NCBI GenBank assembly: GCA_964016885.1
Contig: CAXHJY010000162.1
Span: 1-64,000 of the forward strand
DNA from: Eledone cirrhosa
Lineage: Eukaryota
Reading direction: 5' to 3'
Length of the DNA: 64,000 nt
Below are positions 21,135 through 33,440 of the stretch, piece by piece (within the stretch, counting starts at the first letter, position 1; every line of letters begins with the position of its first letter). The translations under genes were made by a program, and so were the position numbers. The notes under the pieces were generated by a model that did no database searches, was not told where the DNA came from, and saw only the letters and a program-made list of their open reading frames with translations.

Positions 21135-22804
21135 ATATGTTATTCATGTAAACTAATAACGGAGGCTGTGTAGAAACTCATTACATTCTCATCATCATCG
21201 TTGTGGCTTTTACGTCCACTCTTCCATGAAGGTCTAGTTTGAGACAATGTTTTACAGCCAGATGTCTTTCCTGATTTTTAGTCACCTCTTACAATAAGCA
21301 GGGATACGGTACATATATATTTATTTGAATGTGTGTGTTTTGCCAATGTATATTGGCAAAGAATATAAACATGGGCAAGAAAACTGAAAATATTTTGCTT
21401 TACAATTGAAGTCCCATGAGATATTTATTCTGCATCTGGTTACAGATACTTCTTTGTCATTCTCGGTGTCAGAAATATAGTAAATCAGGAATTTGTTTTT
21501 TAAATACCTATAACCAATAATTGCAATATAAAATTTTTTTTTTTTTTAAATATTAGAAAATTGTAAAAAATGATAACAGCTTCACATCTTATAATGGATG
21601 GGAAGAAGAAAGTGAAGAGAAACAGATAGACAGACAGATAATAACTTTATTGATATATTCCAATCCTTGCTAGTAGGGAAAGCGGACATTAAATTTATGA
21701 TGATGATGGTGGTGGTGATAATGACGATGATGACGACAATCCACCTTTCAAACACCATTTACATAAGAAATAAACAATATAAATCACCTGGTAGTCCTTA
21801 TGTCAAGAGTTAAAATATTAACTTTGCAAAAATATCTCACCATGTCAGATGTTTTGAATCTTGACTTTAAAGTCACCTTTGCCATACCTACCTCCTGATG
21901 GTGCTGGAGGAGGGGCTTAGTAGTTACATATAATGGTGAAGACCATACCTCTCCAGATATGAACACAGCTGATTAGAGGAGGACAGAGGGAGGGGAAGGG
22001 ATGGGGAGAGAGAGCAGGTGGAGAGGAAGAGTGGGGAGAGATGGAGTATATTTTGTTATTTTTTTCAATTTGCTTTCAAAACTATGTTGTGGTCTACTGG
22101 GACAGTACCATCAATAATCTGACACTGATGCCATCAATACTCTGAAGCTGAGGCCATGCTGGGGCATTATTATTATTACTAAAGGACCTTTTGGCTTAGG
22201 TAAATTATGTCAGCGCTGGAATTATCCATTTGTCATGTTGATTCACGTAAGGTTAAAAAATTGGTAGCTGGGAGGTTAACTTTCTTTTTACATTGATATA
22301 ATCTATGGCTTCTGTTTGTTGTTGTTTGTCTAATTCTCTTTGGTCAATGTCACAGCACCAGACACACATTTTGTCTAATATTTATAATCATTACAATTGT
22401 CATTGTTCTTTAACCCAGTGTCTGCCCTCGCTGAGTAAAACTATGAACAAAAGTATTCCACCTTGTCTCAAAGCTAAGAACATCATTTAAAGCCTTGTTT
22501 TGGTCAACTCTTTCAGAGACATTTATGGTATTTCTGTTTTGGGGGCATTTTACTGCTTCATCTCGGATTTTCTGGTTAATTTTTGCTTTTTTTTTTTCAA
22601 AAGAACTGTCATAAATAAAATGAGATATTTTTATTTTGATCAAATTTGCTTTATTTACATAGTTTAAACCTGTGCTTCACAAACTAAACTAAAACATCAG
22701 TGTGCCCAGGGTTTTCCACATTGTCTAGGCCTGTGTGTATCATTGAGGGAGCAATAGTATAAGATGCTGATATCTACATCAGTCCACACACAAATATATA
22801 TATA

Positions 22805-23525
22805 CTAGCAGTGGTACCCGGCGTTGCACGGGATAAGGTATTTTGGAACGCGAGCCGCCAACAGACCTAGTCGTGGAAAAACTGCATGCCTGGACAATAT
22901 GTAAACAAAATAAACCGAATACTCTGATGGCTGGATAACCTTTAAGATTTTCCTCGATGAAGCAGGAAAAATGCAGGTTTTCACCTAGGGGATCAAGAAA
23001 ATGAATTTTTTTTATGTGCATAATATGCTTTGAAATTTCGGGAAAATCAGCTAGACGTAACGCCTCCAAAAAGCCCTAAAAAGCTTTTAAAATGCAGTTT
23101 TTCACCTAATGCAGGCCCTAGGAGTATGCATAACACTCCCTGAAATATAAGTAATACGCATGTAAAGTTTGAAAAAAATCGGTTGGGTACTTCTCGAGTT
23201 TTAGGGATTCAAACTCACAGACACACACACACACCCTCAGGGAAGTGACGTAATGCAGACAGTCAGACATACAGACATATTATAAGGGCGCGACGTTATA
23301 TGTATGTACCTATCTAAAAAGAGAAAGACTACGAATTATAGAGAAAGATCGCTAAATCGCCTAATGCGGTCCTTAGGGCATTGAAAATTTGAAATTCTTT
23401 TTGCTCAGAACACTCCCTGAGACATAAGTACTACATGTGTAAAGTTTGAAAACAGTCGGTTGGGTGGTTCTCTAGTTTTAGGGGTTCAAACTCACACAGA
23501 CAGACATCCTCAGTTTTATATATAT
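22805..23525 (-). mobile_element. Non-autonomous Helitron
   Basis: Minus strand begins tatataaaactgaggatgtctgtctg and ends with hairpin cccgtgcaacgccggg + CTAG; same ends as 32166-33052. Confidence 0.8.
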
Positions 23526-23684
23526 CATCATCATCATCATCATCGTTTAACGTCCATGTTCCACGCTTGCATGGGTTTGGACGGGAGTTTTCCCCCTTGA
23601 GGCAAGAGTGGTTGTCTTGCTCACATAGGACTGTCTGGCGGGTTTTCTACAGTTGGATGCCCTTCCTAACACCAACCACATTTA
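23526..23684 (-). mobile_element. RTE-family 3' tail fragment
   Basis: (CAT)n plus reverse complement of the RTE 3' UTR seen at 12120-12288. Confidence 0.85.
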
Positions 23685-24155
23685 CGTTAAACTTAACCTA
23701 TGCCATATGTCAAGTTTAACGTCCTCGAAAATGAAAGTGGATTTTCTGACAAGTGAATGTGTTTTTTTTTTTTTTTTTACAGTGATACGCATACAAACGA
23801 AACTCATACAAATACATACAAAACTTAACCTATGCCATATATATATATATGGCATAGGTTAAGTTTAACGTCCTCGAAAATGAAAGTGGATTTTCTGACA
23901 AGTGAATATGTTTTTTGTTTTTTTTTACAGTGAAATTTACGATACACTCTTTGTTTATTTACAACAGGTCTCTATAGTGAAAAAAAACAAACACATTCAC
24001 TTGTCAGAAAATCCACTTTCATTTTCGAGGACGTTAAACTTAACCTATGCCATATATATATATATGGCATAGGTTAAGTTTAACGTCCTCGAAAATGAAA
24101 ATTCACTTGTCAGAAAATCCACTTTCATTTTCGAGGACGTTAAACTTAACCTATG

Positions 24156-24157
<2 letters not shown>
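23684..24157. repeat. Complex fold-back repeat
   Basis: 'gttaagtttaacgtcctcgaaaatgaaagtggattttctgacaagtgaat' repeated in alternating orientation around tgccatatatatatatggca palindromes. Confidence 0.85.
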
Positions 24158-24204
<47 letters not shown>

Positions 24205-25329
24205 AAATTGTAAAAAAGTCAAGGATAATAAATTATTATTTTTTCATACATCTCTACAAAAATTTCAATACGTCCATAATATCACATCCATTTGCAGGGC
24301 AACTGGAGATTATTAATTAACAATTATCTGCATTTATGTGTGCTTTATCTCAACCATATATCTTACAATTTTTGAATTTTAAATGCTCTGCTACCTGAAC
24401 TGCCCTTAATACAAGATATCTTAATCATCCAGTTTTTACTCCAGAAGGACAGAGGATGGTAATGTGTATCAAGTTAATATCTTACCAAAGAAAATAGTGA
24501 AGTAGTACACTATGACCTCATATATAAGGAGGAATTTGTAGTTTACTTGAAGCATTGTGTATGATATATAAATTTTGAAGTTTGAAAGCCATGACAATGT
24601 AAAATGGACGAATAAATACAGAGTGAAATGCGGTGTTGTGTGTTTTACCTTAATTTATTTATATCCTGATATTTCGAGATCAAAATCTCTTCTTCCGAGG
24701 AAAATAAAAGAAACTAATCCAGTGTCCGATGTAGCATGCTATACCATGCTGCCAGAAGTGGTTTTATTATATTTCTTTTTCAACTTCTTTTATTTTAAGA
24801 ATTAAAAGTCTGGACAGGTCAAAGGGAGCACAGAGTTATTTCCCTTTAAATCTGCATAAACACATATACTCTAATATGTGCTGACATACAAGCACATGTA
24901 TACCTGTGTGTGTAAGCGTGCACATAAATAGGCATACTTGCATGGATATAATCGTGTAAAGATATGAATGCATATACACAATTTCTCAGATAAATAATAT
25001 GCTCGTGTGCGGGTCCATGTGTACCTCTATGTGTGGAGTCCTGTGGCCTTCTAAGTTATGTGTGTATGCCTAGTTCTATGTTAGGTATTGTGTGCGTAAT
25101 TCTAGTCTATTATTGATTTGTGGGTGTGTTCTGGCTATGATTAATGCTTCCTTAATTCTAAGGTTGCCTACATTTCTTTCTCTTGTTTCAACCTTAACTG
25201 TTATTTTTTTTGGAAGTGTTTTTGCATTTCTCTAAGTGGTTTTTGAATTAGGAAGTGTTAGTGTTAATGGGTTCCTTAATTCTGATGTGTAGGTGTCTGG
25301 TGGTGCTGCCTATATAGAAGTCGTATCAT

Positions 25330-27115
25330 ACTGGACTCGGTACACAACATATGATTGATGACACATGTCTGTGCACATTAGCCAACTTCCCCATCAATAA
25401 CACAGGCCAAATGAGACTTGGTATTGGAATAGCACTGGTGACTGAGTCAAAACAACTAAGAGACAAACTTGAATGAGCTGGACAAAATGGAGGAACAAAG
25501 AACACTATCAAGTACATAAAAGTGAAGCTGAAAATAAAAGGTTTGCCAATGTGCAGCGACATGAAGATCAAAACTGTGTGCGAGTGTGAAACAAGATGTT
25601 CAGGGAGAAAAGTGTGTTTGGAATGACACTGGTACATTTAACCTCACCAACGCTCAGAAGAAAGGTGCCTAGAAATGTTACTATGAGAGGTTGCTGAATG
25701 TGTAGAATGAGTGGATGGAAGAAGTACTACTTCCAGTAGACTCAACAGAAGGACCAATTATCAAAGTTGAAAGTTATATGGTCTAAGAAGACATCAGGAT
25801 TAGGAAAAAGGGAAAAAGCTGCTGCTGAATTATCAAAGATAGTTGCTAAGATGCTGACATTATCAGGTGAAGTAGGAGTCAAGTTTATTACCCCCACAGG
25901 TAATACATGATGGTGTCATGATCAATGACTAGAGTATCAGTATTAATTGTTACAAGGGAAAGGGTGATGTTCTAGAAAAGAGCAACTGCGGGGGCATAAA
26001 ACTGATGAATCAAGTTATGAAAGTGAGAGAAAGAGTTTTTGCACAACTAATTAGAAAAAGAATCAAATTAGATGAGATGTAGTTTGGACATGTAAGACAA
26101 ATACAAGAGAAGTCCCTAGCAGCAGTACTTAACTTTCATAGATCTGGAGAAGGCCTTTGACAGAGTACCATGACTGTCACCTGGTAGTCCTTAAGCAACC
26201 TAGGTGGCTTGTGAGAGCAGTGTAAGCCATGTACAGAGGTGTTATCAGTGGCTTGTGAGATTAGTGCAAGACATGTATAGAAGTGTTATCAGCAAAGTAA
26301 GAGTAGGTAATGACTTTAGTGAGGAATTCAAGTGGGTGTTCATCGGGGCTCAGTCTTCAGCTCACTCCTGTTTATTATAGTTTTCCAGAGCATAACAGAG
26401 GAGTTTAAGATTAGTTGTCCATGAGAACTTACGCATTCTGATGAACCAGTTCTTATAGCCAAATCTGTGGAAGAGCTAGAGAAAGAAATTCCTGTTGTGG
26501 AACCAGAACTTAGAATCAAAATGGCTCAGAGTAAATTTATCAAAAGTCCAACTTTTAGTAAGTGGGAAAGAAGGCAAGACTCTGTACTAATTGGGAAATG
26601 GTTGTACTAGACATGCAGAAAAGGCATAGGCAGGAATTCTATATGATCAACTCAGTGTAAAATGTAAGTACACATGAGGAGTAATGGAATTGCAGATAGG
26701 TTAACAGAAAGTGGAACTTTATATGTGGCAGATGTACAAGGGTAAGCTGGCAGTAAGAGCACAAGCAAATTAGTGAAATAAGATTTTTCCAATCCTGAAA
26801 AGGTCCAAAGAAGTAGTCACTAGCTTCTCTATCTAGGTGACCTAATTGGCAGTAGAGGAAGCTGCTCTGAAAGCATAGTAGAGAGAAAAAAAAAACGGGT
26901 GGAAAAAGTTCAGGGAGCTGCTACTACTGTTGGCAACAAAGGGATTTATTTTCTTTTTGAGCAAAGGGTAGATTATATAATGTCTGCATGTGAAGTGCAA
27001 TGTTGCATTGTAGTGAGACACAGGGAAGTGAATGCTGGAGAGAAATGAATCAAGCACACTCCATTTGATGTGCAATGTTAGTATGCATAAATGATGAAGC
27101 ATTGATAAACTAGGT
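25330..27115 (+). mobile_element. Highly degenerate RTE-clade LINE
   Basis: Broken RT motifs (KGKGDVLE, RGIKLM, F.DLEKAFDRVP, V..GS.LS.LLF, YLGD, W.KFRELL) with many stops and frameshifts. Confidence 0.8.
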
Positions 27116-27261
27116 ATTTGTAATGAAATGTTTGTCCTTGCATAGATTTTTAGAACCAAACATCTCGTAAATTTTAATCTATAAATATGTTCACATTTAT
27201 AATTCAATGGTCCTTATCCTTGAAAACAATCCATGATGCTTCGTGTGTATATAATATAATA

Positions 27262-27441
27262 TAATTGTTTTTACTTTAGGCACAAGGCCAGCACTTACCC
27301 AGCGCATTACTGGTACTTTATTTTATCGACCCCGTAAGGATGAAAGGCAAAGTCAACCTCGACGGGATTTGAACTCAGATCGTAAAGGGACGTAACTATG
27401 CTGGAAAGCATGGCGTCCGACCCTCTACCGATACTGCCAAT
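27262..27441 (-). mobile_element. Young tRNA-derived SINE (Nin-domain-like)
   Basis: Near-identical to 46422-46604. Confidence 0.9.
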
Positions 27442-27504
27442 ATAATATAATTTCACTTTAAATGTATGTGTAATGCGAAAACACAGTTAAGTTATAGGTA
27501 TACA

Positions 27505-27960
27505 AACGGAGACCTGCGCGCCATTGCGGTTGACTGCACTCTTCGTTGCCTGGGTTGTCCAGAAGTGACGGCCTTACTCTGTGCCCCTGGTTGAGAGGCA
27601 GGTGCCTTGTCTGGGACGTCACTGTTAGTGACTCCTTTGCTTCTTCCCACATCCTGGATACTGCGGTTAGGGCGAGAGTCACAGCTTCCGCAGCCGAGCG
27701 GAGCAAGACCCTCAAATACAGTGATCTGTCGGCCAGCTACATTTTCCAGCCCGTGACGTTCGAGACATTTGGGGGAGTCGGGCTGCTGACTGCGAGTTTC
27801 CTCTCTTCACTGGCGGTTTGCCTAATAGAGGTAACTGGCGAATTTCGTGAGGGCGCTTGGTTGTTCCAGCGCATCAGCCTCGCCATCATCCGAGGCCGCG
27901 CTGCGAGTGTGCTGGCTTGCCTCAAAAATCATTAGAGAGGTTGCCCAGTACTCCTGGCGA
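27505..27960 (+). mobile_element. C-terminal restriction-like endonuclease fragment of a CRE-clade non-LTR retrotransposon
   Basis: DGLTL.PW..G..LVWDVTV.D, K..KY, F.PV.FET.G, LFQRISLAI.RG.AASV; GC-rich island. Confidence 0.78.
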
Positions 27961-28391
27961 TGCTGCTGTCTTTTGCTCTGGTGGTAGCTCGGTTGTTCAC
28001 CCCTTCTTTTATATTTTCTTTAATATTGCAACATTAAAGGAATATATCTTTCCGAAAGAATCGCGAGCAATTAATAATGTTATTTAAGTATTTGTAGTGT
28101 TATTCATGTATATATTTAAAACATATTTGTTATGTTATTCTACTGTAAATTTATTTATATGCTTTGTATATTAATTGTATTTATTCATATTTTCATTCTG
28201 TAAAGAATTATAAACAATTTGTAATGTTATTTATACAACCATCGTTTAATTTCTGTATACAAACCAAAACGAAATTCATCAGTTATTTGGTAATTCTAGA
28301 AAGCCAAGATATTTTCCCTTACATTCCCAACCTCTCGCGTATTCGACAAAATTTGCAATGTTTGGGCGTGAGCAAAGTTAAGCCAAAATAC

Positions 28392-28724
28392 AGTCTTAGT
28401 AAATTTTAAGGGTGGTTATACATAATTTTTTTTTTTATATAATAAATGTTTTACTTGTATAAACAGAAATATATAACTCAAATTTAATTTTTTTTTTTTT
28501 TATAAATTTTTATAAAATTGCCCTTCCCATCCATCAATTACAATATTATTTGTATTAGTCTTAGTAAATTTTAAGGGTGGTTATACATAATTTATTTTTA
28601 TATAATAAATGTTTTATTTGTATAAACAGAAATATATAACTCAAATTTAATTTTTTTTTTTTTTTTTTTATAAATTTTTATAAAATTGCCCGTCCCATCC
28701 ATCAATTACAATATTATTTGTATT
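28392..28724. repeat. Recent ~165-bp tandem duplication in intron 1
   Basis: 'agtcttagtaaattttaagggtggttatacataa...caatattatttgtatt' twice, differing mainly in T-run length. Confidence 0.9.
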
Positions 28725-28956
28725 GCTAACGCTTTTATAGCAAATATACACGAGATATTTGTGTTTCATTTTTTAAATAAATTTTTAATTTGAGTTAATC
28801 ATTATTTTTTTTATTTTCACAGTAATTCATTTCATTATTTTACAAAAGTTGTATGAAAATTATAATTATTTTTTCATCTATGTTAAAATTTAACGACATT
28901 GGCAAAACAATATTCTAATAACATTAATTAAAAACAAACCGATAGTTTATACTTAC

Positions 28957-29025
28957 ATAATGTTTACCAGGAAAACGACGTTTTTCAACATCAATAACTT
29001 CAACAGAGTGAACACAGTCCTTCAT
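28957..29025 (-). CDS. SH3PXD2: SH3PXD2/Tks5-like, first coding exon (PX N-terminus)
   Basis: ATG at 29025, MKDCVHSVEVIDVEKRRFPGKHY then GTAAGT; resembles Tks5 N-terminus (VDVEKRRNPSKHY) and joins in phase 0 to exon 10927-10847; possible acceptor tttatttcatccAG just upstream of the ATG. Confidence 0.88.
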
Positions 29026-29852
29026 GACTATATCTGGATGAAATAAATAATTATCTCTGTGGTTTGTTTGTTATTTTTTCTGTATGTAATTATACTTTTT
29101 ATATGTTTGTATTTAAATACATATATTATTGTTGTGTCTGTTTTCAATTTTTTAAAAAAGTATTTCACATTTGCATTATAAAGTTATTCTTTCATGTATG
29201 TTATTGTGTAAAAAATTGTATGATGGTGTACGTATATGTTTTTGCTTTGATATAAATGACTCCGTTACTCCTGTGTCACTGACTAGCAACTTAAAAGAAA
29301 GAGAGAGTGGGACAGAAAAATTATGAGAGCTAAAGAGGAAAAAGGGGTGTAAAATAAGCTGATTCTTTCTTTTAGGTTGATTTTCTTCTGAAATTGAGTA
29401 AGGGAGGAACAAACAGAAGTGTTTAAAGGATGGAGCTGGGGAGAGAGAGAGGAAATGTCAAAAGAAAAAATACGAATTTGAGGTTAAGTTAAAATGAATG
29501 GATAACTTACGGTGGGGCAGATGCGAGTTAGAGAGAGAGTTGACAGAAGCAAATCCTCCATCCTCACCCCAAATAAACAATAAAAGTAATAACGATTTCT
29601 ATATCTAATGTAGTTTCGGGGTTTTAGCGTGTACAATAGGTAGAAAACTGTTTTCAATGTGTTATTATAATGCTGATAGTTCATTAAACATTTATGAGAC
29701 AACAGGTTGTCTAGTTACCAACGTACACATGCTGTAGATACGTGACTGAATGATATACGCTTATAAAGTTTATGAGTTGTATCAATACACTTACACGTCA
29801 TACGGTGTGCAATTAACCCCGTTCCTAGTTAAACAGTATATATATATATATA

Positions 29853-30035
29853 TGATAATTGTTTCTACTTTTGGCACAAGGCCAGTAATTATCTCAGTAC
29901 ATTACTGGTACTTTATTTTATCGACCAGGTAAGAGTGAAAGGTAAAGTTAACCTCGGCGGGATTTGAACTCAGACCGTAAAGGGCCGTAACTATGCTGCA
30001 AAGCATGGTGTCCGACTCTACCGATACTGCCAATC
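29853..30035 (-). mobile_element. Young tRNA-derived SINE
   Basis: Same family as 46422-46604. Confidence 0.88.
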
Positions 30036-30039
30036 GACC

Positions 30040-30225
<186 letters not shown>

Positions 30226-30272
30226 TAAACAAATAATGAATAAACAATTCCTTATATTAAACAAAAAAAGTT

Positions 30273-30422
30273 CATTATTTAACGATCGTTTCTAGGATAT
30301 ATATGTGTTAGAATTGGCATGCATAATCAACAGATCTATATACAAAATTATACAAAATTATACAAACTATCAAGATTAAATATACATACCAACACATATA
30401 TACGCCGTCTTCAGAAATAATG
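30273..30422 (-). ncRNA. Type I hammerhead with extended stem II (mirror copy)
   Basis: Reverse complement of 30758-30907. Confidence 0.7.
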
Positions 30423-30757
30423 AAGTATATTTATTGATAATAACAACAATTCAAAATTTCAGGTCCGTTTGGGAACAAAAATTGACCAATGAAAACACAA
30501 AGGGTTAAATGCAGTTCGGTGTGTGTATATACATGTAAAACCCTTACACATATTTTACAAAAATGTATGTATAATTTGTATACGCATACTAAAAGGATGG
30601 ATGCAAATACAAAATTTCAAGGTTAATGTCTCTGTAAGTTTATAATGCACAGATAAGATGCGTATTGACACAAGTATGAAATTAAATTAATTGGTCAATT
30701 TTTGTTCCCAAACGGACCTGAAATATTGAATTGTTGTTATTATCAATAAATATACTT

Positions 30758-30907
30758 CATTATTTCTGAAGACGGCGTATATATGTGTTGGTATGTATAT
30801 TTAATCTTGATAGTTTGTATAATTTTGTATAATTTTGTACATAGATCTGTTGATTATGCATGCCAATTCTAACACATATATATCCTAGAAACGATCGTTA
30901 AATAATG
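30758..30907 (+). ncRNA. Type I hammerhead with extended stem II
   Basis: cattattt CTGAAGA ...tatatatgtgttgg / ctaacacatatata... GAAA cgatcg TT aaataatg; 8-bp stem I, palindromic ACGATCGT. Confidence 0.72.
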
Positions 30908-31094
30908 AACTTTTTTTGTTTAATATAAGGAATTGTTTATTCATTATTTGTTTAATATTTTATCTTGACTCTGTATACCGTTTATCTTTCACCGAAAGTG
31001 ATTTTTCATTACATCTCTTCTTTCCATGATATCCGGAATACATTGAGTTCTTCATACGGATTGGACACTACCGTAAATTCTTGGTAGATTTATC

Positions 31095-31159
<65 letters not shown>

Positions 31160-31381
31160 AAAAATTGAACAGGGACAGAACAGAGAGGCAGTACGACAAA
31201 TGTTTATTAGCTTCACGCTCAGGAGAGTGGAGGGTAGGTGGAGGACGACGTTTCGGGTAGGAGTTCAAAAGGTGTGTAGGGGAGTGGTGGAGAGACATAT
31301 AGCGAAAGGAAACGGTGCGAATGAAAAATTAACAAATAAAGACAAAATTATAATAAATAATAAATAAAAATATATATATAT

Positions 31382-31572
31382 GATAATTGTTTCTACTATT
31401 GGCACGAGGCCAGCAATTAACCAGTACATTACTGGTACTTTATTTTATTGACCCCGTAAGGATGAAAGGCAAAGTTAACCTCGGCGGGATTTGAACTCAG
31501 AATGACAAGGGCCGTAACTCTGCGTCAAAGCATGGCGTCCGACCCTCTACCGATACTGCCAATTCACTGCCC
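31382..31572 (-). mobile_element. Young tRNA-derived SINE
   Basis: Same family as 46422-46604. Confidence 0.88.
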
Positions 31573-31581
31573 TGTATATAT

Positions 31582-32165
31582 ATCTCCTTATAATATATAA
31601 CTAGCAATTTCTCTGTCTGTCTGTCCGACAGTGGAAACACGTGCGCGCGTGCGAATGTTTTTTGCGCACGCGTAGAGAGAGAGTGAGAGTGAAAGAAAGA
31701 GACAGACTACGAGAGGGGGATAGCGGGAGAGAGAGAGGGAGAGAGAGAGAGTGAATAGACGCTAAAACACGTGCGCGCGTGCGAATATTTTTTGCGCACG
31801 CGTAGAGAGAGAGTGAGAGTGAAAGAAAGAGACAGACTACAAGAGGGGGATAGCGGGAGGGAGAGAGGTGGGAATTGAGGAGTGCTACAGAAACATATAT
31901 ACATTTCTGTGTGTGTGTAATATATATATATACACACACAGAAATATATATATATATACACACAGAAATATATATACATTTCTGTGTGTCTGTAATATAT
32001 ATATATACACACACAGAAATATATATATATATACACACAGAAATATATATACATTTCTGTGTATGTAATATATATATATATACACACAGAAATATATATA
32101 CATTTCTGTGTGTGTAATATATATATATACTAGCAGAAAACCACGCGTCGGCGGTTTTCTGCTAG
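31582..32165 (+). mobile_element. Non-autonomous Helitron-like element with internal tandem repeats
   Basis: TC start, ataatatataactagc..(gtct)n, internal ~130-bp duplication, terminal palindrome ctagcagaaaacc..ggttttctgCTAG. Confidence 0.65.
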
Positions 32166-33052
32166 TCTATATATATAAAACTGAGGTTGTATGTCTGTCT
32201 GTCTGTCTACTAAAACGGTAGGCACACATCTCCTCCTAAACCGTACGTTCAAATTTCGGTGAAATTGCTACACTTATAGATGAAGGTCCGGCGGAGACAT
32301 CGGTCAAAATAATTTTCAAATCGACCCACGCCAAGTGCAAAAATCGAATTTGTAATGTATTGATTTTTCAGTTCAAATGTATAAATAGAGATGAGAGACG
32401 AGTTATTTCCCTTTTATGGCGTCATTCTGTCTATCTATTTACGTTACAAATATACGACGCGTGCAAAAGTACAAAAATACGCGAACAGTTTTCGGACCAG
32501 CAAAATTCATGAGTCGAAGTTTCAACATTAAGCTTCCATTTTGCTTCATTTCCATTAAAAAGTCTTTTTACTTGAAAATAAGCCTATTTGAATACACCGT
32601 AAAACAAGCAAATATTTTGTAAAAAAACCATTGATCTCGAATAAAGCCTAATGAGATTTTCATTTAGAAGCAATGATTTTAAACGACAGACAGATAACGC
32701 ATTTTTGTTTTTTTTTTGTTTTTCATGTCCATCCATTTCTTTGTTTCAAAATAACTGATAGTTTGGTTACGCTGATGTTTTTCTCTGAGACAAGTGTTGC
32801 AGTGTTTACATTTTCAATTTTTGTTAATAGATTACCAGTGCAGTTTTTATCCCCAGCATCCTCTTTTGTTTTAACATTCGGGTTATGGTTATGTTTTCTT
32901 AACTTCATAAGGGTGAGGGAATATTAATCAAAAGTACCACATGAAAGTCTACACTGCAGGCTCTACAGTTTTTAAGCCAATAAAGGAACTTAACATTGTA
33001 ATTTTAACACAGCTACTGAGCAACCCCGAGCAACGCCGGGCTTTACTGCTAG
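32166..33052 (+). mobile_element. Non-autonomous Helitron
   Basis: TCtatatatataaaactgagg..(gtct)n start; hairpin cccgagcaacgccggg then CTAG end. Confidence 0.82.
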
Positions 33053-33138
33053 TATATGATAATTGTTTCTACTTTTGGCATAAGGCCAGCAATTACCCAG
33101 TGTATTACTGGTACTTTATTTTACATGATAATGTAGCC

Positions 33139-33440
<302 letters not shown>

